A DNA stretch of 61,848 bases, filler included, from a candidate division TA06 bacterium SM23_40 (GCA_001303705.1; 4 parts of 4 records of this genome joined end to end with filler, not necessarily neighbours in it), one strand, 5' to 3'; shown: positions 18,770 through 29,208, counted from the first letter of the whole stretch. Notes: a model not told the origin generated them from the sequence alone. Made by a program: numbers and translations.

Positions 18770-21703
18770 ATGACAACTGGTGCAGGACAGTCAGGATCGG
18801 CCGGCCTGTTGGATGACCTCAGTCCGCTCCAGCGCCAGGCTGTAGAGCACACCGAGGGTCCGCTACTCGTCATCGCAGGAGCTGGCACGGGCAAGACTAC
18901 TGTCATCACTAGACGGATCGCCTACTTGATCGACGTCCGGAAGGTACACCCGGACCAGATCCTTGCGCTGACGTTCACGGACAAGGCGGCGGGGGAGATG
19001 CAGGAGCGGGTCGATCTGCTCGTGCGCTATGGCCTCGTCACCACATGGATCAGTACATTCCATGCATTCGGCAACCGGATCCTCAAGGACTACGCGCTGG
19101 AGATCGGCCTGACGCCCGATTTCCGGGTGCTTACCAGAGCTGAGCAGGTCGTCTTCCTTCTCGATCACCTGTTCGCGTTCCCGCTCGACTACTACCGCCC
19201 GCTCGGGAACCCCGCACGCTATGTCGGCGCCCTCGTCTCACTCTTCAGTCGGGCCAAGGATGAGGACGTCAGTCCGCAGGAGTATATCGCCCACGCCCAC
19301 GTTGTCGGATCACGATCTAAAGCGGATCCCGACAACAGAGAACTTGAGGATCTCGCCAGCCAGCAGATGGAGATCGCCCAGTCCTATGCCGTATACCAGG
19401 CGCTCAAGGCAGAACACGGGTTCATCGATTTCGGCGATCAAGTCATGCTCACTCTCAAGCTCTTTCGTGAGCGACCGGCGGTTCTGGCACGATACCAGGA
19501 ACGGTTCCGTTACATCCTCGTCGATGAGTTCCAGGATACGAATATCGCGCAGTTTGAACTCGTCAAGCTGCTCGCCGGGCAGCACCGCAACCTCGCGGTC
19601 GTGGGGGACGACGACCAGTCGATCTACAAATTCCGCGGCGCGGCGGTCAGCAATATTCTGGGGTTCGCCGAGACATATCCCGATGCGACGACGGTCGTGC
19701 TGACGGAGAACTACCGTTCACCGCAACCGGTGCTTGACGCCGCATATCGGCTCATCTGTCACAACAACCCTGACCGTCTCGAGGTACAGCAGAAGATCGA
19801 TAAACATCTCGTAGCGCAGCAGAGAGATTCCGCGCCGCCGCAGCATCGCCACTACGACACGCTCTCTACTGAGGCTGACGAGGTGAGCAGCCTCATCGCG
19901 GAGATGGTGACTTCCGGGAAGAGGCGATACGGCGACATTGCGGTTCTCGTGAGGAGCAACAATGATGCCGAACCGTTCCTCCGCTCATTCAACATGTGCC
20001 AGATCCCGTGGCGATTCTCGGGCAGCCAGGGGCTGTATAGCCAGGAGGAAATCCGGCTCCTCATCTCGTTTCTCAAGACAGTTGCGGCTCCCGATGACAG
20101 TGTGAGCCTATTCTACCTGGCAGCGTCAGAGATATACCAGTTTCCTATGCTAGAGCTGACACAGATCATGAGGTTCGCCGATCGTCGGAACCGGCCGCTC
20201 TTCTACGTTCTCAAGGATCTCGATGATGTCCCCGAGCTGGGCGAGATCGATGAGGAGACGCGTGCGCTGGCGAAGCGATTGGTAGAGGAAATAAGATCAT
20301 ACGTCGAAGCTTCTCGCACCGTGGGGACCGGCCACGTTCTGTATGACTTCCTGACGCGAAGCGGGTACCTGGACCGGCTTGCCCGGTCCGAGGTTCCGCA
20401 GGCCGAGATGAGGATGCAGAACATCGCGCGGTTCTTCGACATCGTGGCGAATACTGGGCCGCTTCTCGTCCACGACAGAGTGCCTCGATTCATTGATCGG
20501 CTCGATGCCCTGATCGCCGCGGGTGATGATCCGGCCACAGCTGCGCCCGATCTGGAGGCCGAGGCAGTGCACGTGCTGACCGTACACAAAGCGAAGGGAC
20601 TGGAATTTCCGGTTGTGTTCATGGTGAGTCTGGTCGATGGGCGGTTCCCCTGGCCGAGGCGTCGTCATCCGATCGAACTCCCCGATGAGCTGATCAAAGA
20701 GATCCTGCCGACGGGGGACTACCACATCCAGGAGGAGCGGCGACTCTTCTATGTGGGAATGACGCGGGCAGAGGAGGAGCTCTATATGACGAGTGCGTAT
20801 GACTACGGGGGAGCGCGCTCGCGCAAGGTGAGTCGATTCGTGCTTGAGGCACTCGATCTCCCGCGTGCGGATCGGATCACTGTTCGGCCATCGGCCCTGG
20901 AGACGATCCATCGCCATGCTCCTCAGGTACGAGAGTCGGTTGCCGAATACGAACCGATCCCCGACGATCAGATAATCAGCCTCAGCCACTATCACATCGA
21001 CGACTATCTGACATGCCCGCTCAAATACAAATACGTCCACATACTGCGGGTGCCGGTCATGCAGCACCACAGTGTGATCTACGGGAAGGCCATTCACGAC
21101 GCGATCAACGCCTACCACGTGCGGAAGAGAGACGGCCGGCCGATGTCGAAGGAGGAGGTCATCGATGTCTTCTACGCACACTGGCTGAGCGAGGGATTCC
21201 TGAGCCTGGAGCACGAGGAGCGGAGGAAGCGTGAGGGGGAGGAGCTGCTGTCGCGGTTCTATGACGAACAGGAGGCGTCGGGCCTGATCCCCTGGGAGGT
21301 TGAGAAGGAATTCAGCTTTCTCCTCGGGACAAACCGTGTGATCGGTCGCTGGGATCGCATCGACCGGGAGGGTGAGGACGCCGTCATCATCGACTTCAAG
21401 TCATCGGACGTGCGGCGCCTCGAGGATGCGGCGAAAAGGGCGAAGGACAGCATCCAGCTCGCGATCTATGCCCTCGCCTACCAGCGGGTGTACGGCGTAC
21501 TCCCGGCACGCGTCGAACTCCACTTCCTCGGGTCCGGTCTCGTCGGCTGCGCCGAGAAGACAGCCGCCGACCTCGCCAATACAGAAGAGCGGATACTACA
21601 GGTTGCCCAGGAGATTAGAACCCGCCGGTACGAACCCCGACCCCGGTACCAAGCCTGCCAGTACTGCGCCTACAACCAGATCTGCCCCCACACCGCCCGC
21701 TAA
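18770..21703 (+). CDS. UvrD/PcrA-like SF1 helicase fused to a PD-(D/E)XK nuclease with an Fe-S cluster (AdnB/AddA-like)
   Basis: AGAGTGKT, LVDEFQD, VGDDDQSIY, NYRS, TVHKAKGLEF, EERRLFYVGMTRA; nuclease motifs GRWDRID, IIDFKS, QLAIYA; four Cys (TCP...CQYCAYNQIC). Confidence 0.9.
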   Translation: MTTGAGQSGSAGLLDDLSPLQRQAVEHTEGPLLVIAGAGTGKTTVITRRIAYLIDVRKVHPDQILALTFTDKAAGEMQERVDLLVRYGLVTTWISTFHAFGNRILKDYALEIGLTPDFRVLTRAEQVVFLLDHLFAFPLDYYRPLGNPARYVGALVSLFSRAKDEDVSPQEYIAHAHVVGSRSKADPDNRELEDLASQQMEIAQSYAVYQALKAEHGFIDFGDQVMLTLKLFRERPAVLARYQERFRYILVDEFQDTNIAQFELVKLLAGQHRNLAVVGDDDQSIYKFRGAAVSNILGFAETYPDATTVVLTENYRSPQPVLDAAYRLICHNNPDRLEVQQKIDKHLVAQQRDSAPPQHRHYDTLSTEADEVSSLIAEMVTSGKRRYGDIAVLVRSNNDAEPFLRSFNMCQIPWRFSGSQGLYSQEEIRLLISFLKTVAAPDDSVSLFYLAASEIYQFPMLELTQIMRFADRRNRPLFYVLKDLDDVPELGEIDEETRALAKRLVEEIRSYVEASRTVGTGHVLYDFLTRSGYLDRLARSEVPQAEMRMQNIARFFDIVANTGPLLVHDRVPRFIDRLDALIAAGDDPATAAPDLEAEAVHVLTVHKAKGLEFPVVFMVSLVDGRFPWPRRRHPIELPDELIKEILPTGDYHIQEERRLFYVGMTRAEEELYMTSAYDYGGARSRKVSRFVLEALDLPRADRITVRPSALETIHRHAPQVRESVAEYEPIPDDQIISLSHYHIDDYLTCPLKYKYVHILRVPVMQHHSVIYGKAIHDAINAYHVRKRDGRPMSKEEVIDVFYAHWLSEGFLSLEHEERRKREGEELLSRFYDEQEASGLIPWEVEKEFSFLLGTNRVIGRWDRIDREGEDAVIIDFKSSDVRRLEDAAKRAKDSIQLAIYALAYQRVYGVLPARVELHFLGSGLVGCAEKTAADLANTEERILQVAQEIRTRRYEPRPRYQACQYCAYNQICPHTAR

Positions 21704-21732
21704 CCCCACCCAACCCCGAGGAGGGAATGCGC

Positions 21733-21760
21733 TTGACACCCGTCATAGGGGTTATATACT
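21733..21760 (+). promoter_or_regulatory. sigma70-type promoter upstream of rmuC
   Basis: TTGACA-16 nt-TATACT. Confidence 0.6.
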
Positions 21761-21822
21761 CTTACCTGTGAGTGTGATACGTGTAGATCACGTACCGATC
21801 GGGGAAATCGGAGGATAGACTC

Positions 21823-23001
21823 ATGTCCGTTTGGGTGGCGATTCCGCTCGCGTGCTTGGCCGCGCTCGTCATCTGGATTCTCCTGGAGACGAGGCGCCAG
21901 CGTCAGGTCCTGAGAAGGGCGCAGGAACGGGAGCAGGCGGCGCTTCTGATGAAGCAGGAGATCGACGCCCTCCGGGGGGAGTTGCGCACTAACCTGGACG
22001 GGAATACCCAGTTGATCAACCAGCAGCTGGGGCATGTGATGACGAATCTCGTCACCCAGTTGGGCCAGATCAGCACTCAGGTGAATCAGCAGCTCCAGGC
22101 CAGCAATGAGCTCATGGCGCAGGCAAACCAGACCATCGGCGAGCGCCTCGACAGTGCAAGTCAGGCGGTGGGGCAGGTCCAGAAAGGATTGGGCAGACTG
22201 GAGGAGGTCAACAAACAGGTATTCGAAGTTGGGAAGGACATCGCGAGTCTCCAGGAACTGCTGAAGGCGCCGAAGCTGAGGGGAGCGATCGGTGAATTCC
22301 TCCTCGGCGATCTGTTAGGTCAGATACTGCCGCCCGATCACTACACGCTGCAGCATACCTTCAAGAGCGGGGAGCGCGTCGATGCCGTGGTCAGACTGGG
22401 CGACCATCTCGTGCCCGTCGATGCCAAGTTCCCCCTCGAGAACTTCCGCCGGATGGTCGAGGCGACAAACGATGAAGACCGTCTTGCCAACCGTAAGCGA
22501 TTCAGCAGCGATGTCAAGAAGCACGTCGATGCGATTGCAGATAAGTACATCCTTCCGGACGAAGGCACATTCGACTTCGCACTCATGTATATTCCCGCCG
22601 AGAACGTGTACTACGAGACGATCATCAAGGATGAGCAGTTCGGCGAGGAGAAGAGCATCAATACATATGCTGTTTCGCGAAGGGTGATCCCCGTCTCGCC
22701 GAATTGCTTCTATGCATACCTCCAGGCGATTGTCCTCGGGCTGAAGGGCATGCGCATCGAGGAGCGAACTCAGGAAATTGTTGCCACCATCGCACGCCTG
22801 TGCGAGGATTTTCGACGACTTGAGGGTGACTTCCGGAAGCTCGGCACCCATCTCACGCATGCGAAATCGAGCTATGATGCCACTGACCGCCGGATGGAGC
22901 GGTACGCCGGCCGCCTGGCACAGATCGAGTCGCTCGAGGATGAATCAGCTCCCGAGGCGCTGCCCGGCGGCACCACACCTGATGACGAGGATTCCGCCTA
23001 A
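21823..23001 (+). CDS. rmuC: DNA recombination protein RmuC
   Basis: N-terminal TM, coiled coil, PKLRGAIGE, VDAKFP, KYILPDEGTFDFALMYIPAE motifs. Confidence 0.92.
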   Translation: MSVWVAIPLACLAALVIWILLETRRQRQVLRRAQEREQAALLMKQEIDALRGELRTNLDGNTQLINQQLGHVMTNLVTQLGQISTQVNQQLQASNELMAQANQTIGERLDSASQAVGQVQKGLGRLEEVNKQVFEVGKDIASLQELLKAPKLRGAIGEFLLGDLLGQILPPDHYTLQHTFKSGERVDAVVRLGDHLVPVDAKFPLENFRRMVEATNDEDRLANRKRFSSDVKKHVDAIADKYILPDEGTFDFALMYIPAENVYYETIIKDEQFGEEKSINTYAVSRRVIPVSPNCFYAYLQAIVLGLKGMRIEERTQEIVATIARLCEDFRRLEGDFRKLGTHLTHAKSSYDATDRRMERYAGRLAQIESLEDESAPEALPGGTTPDDEDSA

Positions 23002-23016
23002 CGGGTCAACCTGCCG

Positions 23017-23946
23017 ATGGATCATCCCGAACACCTCTCCCCCGAACATATGCCGTCTGACCAGCCATACCACCGAGGGTATGTCGCCATCATCGGCAAG
23101 ACGAATGTCGGCAAATCCACTCTGATGAACCGTCTTGTCGGGGCCAAGCTCTCGATCGTCACCTCCAAGCCGCAGACAACGAGGCGCCGCATCATCGGCA
23201 TTGCGAGCGGCCCGTCCCATCAAATCATATTCCTCGATACACCGGGGATTCTCACGCCCCGGTATGGCCTGCAGAAGCGGATGCTCGTTGCCGCGACGCG
23301 GGCGATAAAGGAAGCCGACCTCGTTCTCTGGATGATCGATGTGTCTGCCGGGACTTCCGCTGCCGAGGAGTGTGGTCTCGTTCTGCCCAGAATAGGAAAG
23401 GGGAAGGCCGTCGTCCTCGCCCTCAACAAGATCGATCTTGTCCGAAAGGAGAAACTTCTCCCCCTTATCGACGAGTATCAAAAACGCGTGGGTCCTGAAT
23501 CGATCGTTCCCATGTCGGCACTCACAGGGGACGGGGTGGATCGGCTCGTCGGTGAAATGGTGGTTCGTCTCCCGATCGGCCCTCCCTACTATCCGCCAGA
23601 CACACTCACTGAACATCCGGAACGGTTCTTCGTTTCCGAGATCATTTTAGAAAAGATCTTCGAGCGTTATGGCGAGGAGATACCGTACTCCTCGTGCGTC
23701 GAGATAGAGGAATTCAGCGAGCGTCCGGAGCGCAAGGACTTCATCCGCGCCAACGTGTATGTAGAGAAGAAGTCACAGAAGGCGATCCTCATCGGGAGGG
23801 GAGGCACGGCCCTCAAGAAGGTAGGCGAGCTGGCCCGCCGTGACATCGAGGAGCTTCTCGGGCGGCCTGTGTATCTGGAGTTGTGGGTCAAGGTGAGACC
23901 GGGCTGGCGGAAGTCAGAACGGGATCTGCGTCGGCTTGGGTACTAG
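23017..23946 (+). CDS. era: GTPase Era
   Basis: GKTNVGKST, KPQTTR, DTPG, NKID; KH domain EEIPY..SQKAILIGRGG. Confidence 0.96.
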   Translation: MDHPEHLSPEHMPSDQPYHRGYVAIIGKTNVGKSTLMNRLVGAKLSIVTSKPQTTRRRIIGIASGPSHQIIFLDTPGILTPRYGLQKRMLVAATRAIKEADLVLWMIDVSAGTSAAEECGLVLPRIGKGKAVVLALNKIDLVRKEKLLPLIDEYQKRVGPESIVPMSALTGDGVDRLVGEMVVRLPIGPPYYPPDTLTEHPERFFVSEIILEKIFERYGEEIPYSSCVEIEEFSERPERKDFIRANVYVEKKSQKAILIGRGGTALKKVGELARRDIEELLGRPVYLELWVKVRPGWRKSERDLRRLGY

Positions 23947-24020
23947 GCCAGCACTGGGTTGCTTCTCTTGTCGGAAAAGGGAACATCCAGCAGGAACGGG
24001 CGTATAGAGTCACGGAGGCT

Positions 24021-24240
24021 CGAGTCGGAAAGTCAACCCTCCAGTCAGGAAGCTTAACCTGGAGCCGAGGAGGGGAGCTCCGATCGGGGAGGAGAGCCGT
24101 CAGTCATGGAGGGGACAGCCGGTCAGGGTGGTGAGTCTCCAGTCAGGCAAGGGAACCGGCAGTCAGGGAGGCGAGCCTTCGGGCCGGGAGATGATCCTGC
24201 GATCAGGAAGGGAAGCACCTAGTCAACGAAGGGAGCACCG
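24021..24240 (+). repeat. Degenerate 19-20-bp tandem repeat, about 11 copies, GGA-rich
   Basis: Units such as ccagtcaggaagcttaacct, agtcaggcaagggaaccggc, agtcagggaggcgagccttc, gatcaggaagggaagcacct and agtcaacgaagggagcaccg. The last unit abuts ATG 24241. Confidence 0.7.
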
Positions 24241-24561
24241 ATGCTTGTTGTCACAACGCCGAACATCGAAGGGAAAAAGGTCGCCCGCTATCTCGGGATC
24301 GTGACGGGCGAGGCGATTATGGGTGCGAACCTGTTTAAGGATCTCTTCGCCTCGATCACCGACGTGATCGGCGGGCGCGCGGCCGCGTACGAGCGAGAGC
24401 TGACTAAGGCGAAAGAGATCGCAGTCAAAGAGATGGAAGGACGGGCGGCAGAGTTGGGGGCGAACGCCATTCTCGCTGTCGATCTCGACTATGAGGTATT
24501 AGGTGACAAGGGATCGATGCTCATGGTGAGCGCGAGTGGAACGGCCGTAGTAGTGCAGTAG
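24241..24561 (+). CDS. YbjQ/UPF0145 family (putative heavy-metal-binding) protein
   Basis: [51 protein letters not shown]. Confidence 0.92.
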   Translation: MLVVTTPNIEGKKVARYLGIVTGEAIMGANLFKDLFASITDVIGGRAAAYERELTKAKEIAVKEMEGRAAELGANAILAVDLDYEVLGDKGSMLMVSASGTAVVVQ

Positions 24562-24606
24562 TCCCGGCGGGACAGGAGACGAGCGTCCGCACCAGCGCGC
24601 CGGGAC
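24561..24606. terminator. Inverted repeat between convergent genes (possible terminator)
   Basis: GTCCCGGCG (24561-24569) / CGCCGGGAC (24598-24606); no U-tract. Confidence 0.3.
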
Positions 24607-24607
24607 A

Positions 24608-25453
24608 TCAGCCGCCCTCGCCTACGCAGCGCGCGATGAACTTCGGCAGTTTCGTATGGTACTCCTCGCCAGCCGTGGCGGGGCTGTCGTTGTGATAGCC
24701 GTAGGTGGTGATGAACTCCTTCGGAGGTGCTGCCACATCGAACAGGCGCTGCCCGTGCGCATAGGGGATCATCTCGTCATTTCTGCTGTGGATGATTAGG
24801 ACCGGCATCTCAGTCTGACCGATCTTATTGATCGCCTCATAGCGGTTTGATGCAAGGCGTGCGACGGGAACGAAAGGGTAGAGCTTCCTTCCCATTTCGA
24901 CTATCGATGTCGGACAGCTCTCGGAGATCAGACCTGCACATTCCACGCGCGTGGCCAGATCAATCGCTATCGCACCTCCCAGCGACCTGCCGTAGATGAC
25001 GGTCTTGCGGGCGTCCACTTCCTGCCGTCCACAAACGTAGTTGAACGCAGCCAGCGCGTCCCTATACGTCCCCTCCTCATTGGGCGAACCCTCGCTCTGC
25101 CCATAGCCACGATAGTCAAATATGAACGTGTTGAACCCAAGACGGTAGAGGAACTCGATCATCTCGAGCCGATGGCCGATGTTACCGCCGTTTCCATGGC
25201 AGAAGAGCACTGTGGCCAGGGGATCGTCTGCGGGGATGAACCAGCCGTTCAGCTTCAGCCCATCAGATGTGAGGAAGTAGATATTCTCGTAGGGGAGGCC
25301 GATCTGGCCTGGGGTAGCGTCGATGGCGCGGATGGGGAAGTAGAGCTGCCGCCTCTCGAAGGCGCGAAACAGGATTCTCACGGCTGGCCGTGCGAAAACG
25401 AGGAAGAGTACAATCGCTACAAGGGCGATGATGGCTATGGTTGAGCGCGGCAC
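24608..25453 (-). CDS. Membrane-anchored alpha/beta hydrolase (ABHD13/BEM46-like)
   Basis: HGNGGN, DYRGYG, nucleophile GRSLG, HSRNDEMIP, GYHND motifs. Confidence 0.9.
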   Translation of the reverse strand: MPRSTIAIIALVAIVLFLVFARPAVRILFRAFERRQLYFPIRAIDATPGQIGLPYENIYFLTSDGLKLNGWFIPADDPLATVLFCHGNGGNIGHRLEMIEFLYRLGFNTFIFDYRGYGQSEGSPNEEGTYRDALAAFNYVCGRQEVDARKTVIYGRSLGGAIAIDLATRVECAGLISESCPTSIVEMGRKLYPFVPVARLASNRYEAINKIGQTEMPVLIIHSRNDEMIPYAHGQRLFDVAAPPKEFITTYGYHNDSPATAGEEYHTKLPKFIARCVGEGG

Positions 25454-25661
25454 GATCGGGTCATCTCCGTGTCAATTCGGACGGGACCTGGCGGTTTGAG
25501 GTTGCGAGCATAGGGCGATAGCGTCGGCACTCCTCGGGCGCCAGGACGCTCCGGAGAGCGTCTCCCATGCTCGTGTGATTGTGCGCTACTCGTGTGCCCG
25601 TATGCGCCGCCCACGAGTCGGTGTAGCGGCTGGCGCCAGGTGATCTAGCGCCACCCCCCCG

Positions 25662-26855
25662 TCAGCCGGGAACGATGATCATTTCTGTCGGATATTCGGT
25701 GAGCTTCTCGCAACCGGTGGCCGTGACGACGTAGGTATCCTCGATGCCGACGCCGCCGGTGTCGGGATAGAAAAATTTCGGCTCAACCGCCACCGTCATA
25801 CCTGTCTCGAGCGGGGCATCGAAACCATGCGCGAGCACAGGGAGTTCATCGATCTCGAGTCCGATCCCATGGCCCACGAACCCTACTCGATTCTCGTCCC
25901 ACCCCATGAAGTGGTCGGCATAGGGAGTCTCGGCCACCAGCTCGATCGTCTCATCATAGATGTCGCCCGGGACATTTCCCGGGCGCAGACGTTCTTCGAT
26001 GTGGCGCTCGACCGTGAGGGCAAATTCGTACAGCTCCCTGAGCGCAGCATCCGGCTCGCCGATACAGAAAATCCTCGTCTTGTCGACGAGGTACCCTCCA
26101 TGCCCGCCTACGATGTCGATGACGATAGGTTCCCCGGCGTTCACGTGCCGCTCTCCTCCGCTCTGTGGCACAGCGGGATAGAGGCCGGTCACGCCGACCG
26201 GACCCTCGAAACTGATCGGGTACGACGCGCTTGCCCCGGCCGATACCGCTCCGTACCAGAGTTCCATGTTCCACCGCCGGGCGCGAACGATTCCCTGATG
26301 ACCTTCGCGTCGGAGAATGCCTTCCAGCTGGGCACAGATGTCTATCTCTCTCATTCCTTCGCGGATCGCGGTCCGGAGTGCATCGAAGCCGGCCGCGAGT
26401 TGCCCCGCAGCCTTGCGCATCATCTCGATCTCATAGGGGGATTTGCTCGCACGCACCTCCCGTACGAGGCCTGAGGCGTCGACGATGCTGGCATTGCCGA
26501 ATGCCTTGCGTGTCCGGTCGTACAGGGACACCGGCAGGACGTCGAGTTCCATGCCGAACCGTCCATCTACACGATGCCCATGAGACTGAATAAGGTCGGG
26601 GGCCTTCCGTACGCTTTCGAGGGGGACAACCTGATCAAGGGGAGATTCGATGCGGGCGCGCGTCACACTCTTCTTTACCATGAAGAGTGGTTCGCCGGAT
26701 GATGGTATGAAGAGGATTCCGTTCTGTGCGGTCCCCGTGAAGTAGAAGATATCCACGTTCTGCATGAGGAGCACGCCGTCCAACTCACCCCTGCGTAGTT
26801 TTTCCTGAAGGGCATGGGTCCGCTGGCTCAGCTCCTCGCGTGCAACGAATTCCAT
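25662..26855 (-). CDS. M24B Xaa-Pro peptidase family protein
   Basis: KSPYEI, DKTRIF, GHGIGLEIDE, AVEPK and GIEDT metal-binding motifs. Confidence 0.9.
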   Translation of the reverse strand: MEFVAREELSQRTHALQEKLRRGELDGVLLMQNVDIFYFTGTAQNGILFIPSSGEPLFMVKKSVTRARIESPLDQVVPLESVRKAPDLIQSHGHRVDGRFGMELDVLPVSLYDRTRKAFGNASIVDASGLVREVRASKSPYEIEMMRKAAGQLAAGFDALRTAIREGMREIDICAQLEGILRREGHQGIVRARRWNMELWYGAVSAGASASYPISFEGPVGVTGLYPAVPQSGGERHVNAGEPIVIDIVGGHGGYLVDKTRIFCIGEPDAALRELYEFALTVERHIEERLRPGNVPGDIYDETIELVAETPYADHFMGWDENRVGFVGHGIGLEIDELPVLAHGFDAPLETGMTVAVEPKFFYPDTGGVGIEDTYVVTATGCEKLTEYPTEMIIVPG

Positions 26856-26877
26856 CGCGTGCCCCAGCGGCGAGCGC

Positions 26878-27927
26878 CTACTCTTTGATGTTCATCGCCT
26901 TGATGAAGTCTTCCGAATCGACACCGGGGGATTCGACTCGTTTGCGCTCATAGAAGTCGTCGATCTTCGGGATCAACTCTCCTTCCCTGCGGACCGTCTC
27001 CCTGAGGTCGTCCTCCAGTTCTGAGAGCGATCTCTTCGGGTAGAACGTGAAGTCGCCGGAGATCCCGATCTCCTTGATCCGTTCCTCGGCGACCTCCTGG
27101 ACCGTGCGTATCAGCCCGCCGCGCGCTTTATGCATTCCGTAGTGGAGTTCCACTCCTTCTCTGATCTTGACGCTCGTGGGCGTATGGTGCCGCTTCATGA
27201 GAAGGAACTCATCAGTACCCATCACGCCATTGAGTTCATCCATCTTCTGACGGAGGGATGACGTTATCGTTGCGGGTTCGAGAGGTCCGAGAAGCTTGCG
27301 AAACTCCTCGATGAGTACCCGTACAATCTCTGAACGCGGAGGCGGCTCTCCCAGCTCTCGCCGCATCGTAGTCAGGTTCTCCTCCATCGTCTTATACACT
27401 TTGTCCCGGAACTTCTCATCCGGGACCTTGAGGAGTTTTGCCATCCGCTCATAGTCGAAATCCATGAGAATCCCGCCGACGAAGACAAGACATTCGCCGA
27501 TATCCCCCCCTCCCTCACCGGCGATCTTCCGTCCTTCCTTTGTGACGATGTCGTTTATCGGCCGAAAGTCTGTCTCGATGCCGAAACGCGAGTACGTTCT
27601 GACGGGGGCCTGAGAGAACCATTGATAGATATCGGCGATCTTCCTCGGAGCAACAGGATTGTCACTCCGCATGATTATCTGGTAGAAGATCTGGTTCTTG
27701 TCCAGGTACGTAGCGCCGCCTCCGACCTCGCGACGCATCACTGGCAGCGCGGACTCCCTGCAGTAGTCGAGGTCAACCTCTTGCTCTGCATCCTGGAAGT
27801 ACCCGACGCTGGCCAATGGGATCTGTGGAGAGACGATGACCAGTGCCTCCTGACCTATGCGAGCCAGGGCGTGGAATATGAGCATCGAATCTTGATCGGG
27901 GAGCATGCCGAGATTGAAGAGGTACAT
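26878..27927 (-). CDS. lplA: Lipoate-protein ligase (fused catalytic and C-terminal domains)
   Basis: RREVGGGATYLD, INDI..GRKIAGEG, HKARGGLIR, ISGDFTFYP motifs. Confidence 0.85.
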   Translation of the reverse strand: MYLFNLGMLPDQDSMLIFHALARIGQEALVIVSPQIPLASVGYFQDAEQEVDLDYCRESALPVMRREVGGGATYLDKNQIFYQIIMRSDNPVAPRKIADIYQWFSQAPVRTYSRFGIETDFRPINDIVTKEGRKIAGEGGGDIGECLVFVGGILMDFDYERMAKLLKVPDEKFRDKVYKTMEENLTTMRRELGEPPPRSEIVRVLIEEFRKLLGPLEPATITSSLRQKMDELNGVMGTDEFLLMKRHHTPTSVKIREGVELHYGMHKARGGLIRTVQEVAEERIKEIGISGDFTFYPKRSLSELEDDLRETVRREGELIPKIDDFYERKRVESPGVDSEDFIKAMNIKE

Positions 27928-28477
27928 AGTGAAGCTCCTGTCGGGGTCGGTATGGGGCTATCCGATAATCTGAAGCTACGGAATCGGAGTCTTTGCCCTG
28001 CATCCAGGATGGTCCAGGGGCGTGGGGAGCGATCGTCCAGCGGGCACCAGCGGGCATCCTTCCAGACATGATCTCCGTCTTCAGGGGGAGTCCGAGATCT
28101 GCTTCTGCCCCCGCCCGCAACTGCTTGTATCTTTCTGTGTCGTTCCGGTATCGAACAAAGGTGTAGCCGGTGACGACGAGCGCAAGTGCCGTCGTTCCTA
28201 AACCGATATTTCTCCACGTATCGAACTTCTCGGTATCATTGCGATATTCCTGAGCATCTGCGTAGGTCGTCGCATTTTGATACTTGTTGTAAGCGTCGTT
28301 GCCGGCCCTGTGGAATAGCAGAGTGATGGCTCCGCTCAACAGTGTAACCGCACCAGCAATGATGACGCCGTACACATTCGGCTGGGGCGCGGGGGTCGTC
28401 CCATCATCCTCCTGTGCGAAGACGGGGCAGGCGGTGAGAAGATGAACCACTATTATAGCGAGAGCCAGCGGCTTCAC
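27773..28477 (-). CDS. Hypothetical exported/membrane protein
   Basis: GTG 28477 with AAGGAGG SD; signal peptide (..PVFA), two hydrophobic segments around AYNKYQNAT. The C-terminal tail runs 155 nt into lplA and is doubtful. Confidence 0.6.
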   Translation of the reverse strand: MKPLALAIIVVHLLTACPVFAQEDDGTTPAPQPNVYGVIIAGAVTLLSGAITLLFHRAGNDAYNKYQNATTYADAQEYRNDTEKFDTWRNIGLGTTALALVVTGYTFVRYRNDTERYKQLRAGAEADLGLPLKTEIMSGRMPAGARWTIAPHAPGPSWMQGKDSDSVASDYRIAPYRPRQELHYVPLQSRHAPRSRFDAHIPRPGSHRSGGTGHRLSTDPIGQRRVLPGCRARG

Positions 28478-28731
28478 TATACTATCCCTCCTTGGCGGGG
28501 CGAATGGAACGGGGATTCGCTCTTGGTCCCGGGAGTTGAGCGACGAGATGAGAGTCTTCTGTCCATCGATGGTATCGGAAGTCAGAGGCGATGTCAAGGG
28601 TGCCGCCGAGATCCCCGCGACCTGTCGCTCAGGGCGACCGTCGCCATGGCCTGTACCAGACGGGCTCCGTCAGTTCGGCGCCAGATGCCCTCCAGGCCGC
28701 AGGGCGTCGGAGGAGGAGATCCGTGGGACTG

Positions 28732-29208
28732 TCATTCCTCGTTTGCGCCGCTCCCGAACTCCATTCCCAGCAGTACGTGTTCCTCGTCGAAACCGCACCG
28801 CCTGTAGAAGGTCCGCGCGTCCTGATTGTCCGTCTCAGTTGAGACCTCCAGTTCATCGAGGCCTCGGGATTGCGCCTCCTCCTTTGCCCGCTCGATCAGC
28901 ATCCGGCCAACGCCGCGGTCCCGATGGCGGCGCCCCACCACCAGCTCGCTCACGAGGGCCGTACCAGCTCGATGGAAGAGCGAACGATAGAAAACGATAG
29001 AAAGGAAACCTGCAATATCTCCCTCGCAGGTGGCTACCAGGTTGAGATAGAAGTCCGTGAATCGTTCCATGTGCCCGAAGATCTCTGTCAGATGGTCGAG
29101 TGATAGATCGGGCTCCGGGCCGTGCGTCACCTCGACAAGTTCCGAAAGAAGCTCCCTGATCGCCGGTAGGTCCTCCTGTCTCCATAGTCGGATATCGAGA
29201 TCCATCAT
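28732..29208 (-). CDS. GNAT-family N-acetyltransferase
   Basis: ELVVGRRHRDRGVGRML (motif A) and NQDARTFYRRCGF (motif B); ATG 29208 with SD. Confidence 0.9.
   Translation of the reverse strand: MMDLDIRLWRQEDLPAIRELLSELVEVTHGPEPDLSLDHLTEIFGHMERFTDFYLNLVATCEGDIAGFLSIVFYRSLFHRAGTALVSELVVGRRHRDRGVGRMLIERAKEEAQSRGLDELEVSTETDNQDARTFYRRCGFDEEHVLLGMEFGSGANEE

Noticed and set aside
20970-21703. Fe-S PD-(D/E)XK domain as Cas4 or a defence nuclease
   Set aside because: It is fused to a UvrD helicase in the usual AdnB/AddA-like repair architecture, next to rmuC and era.
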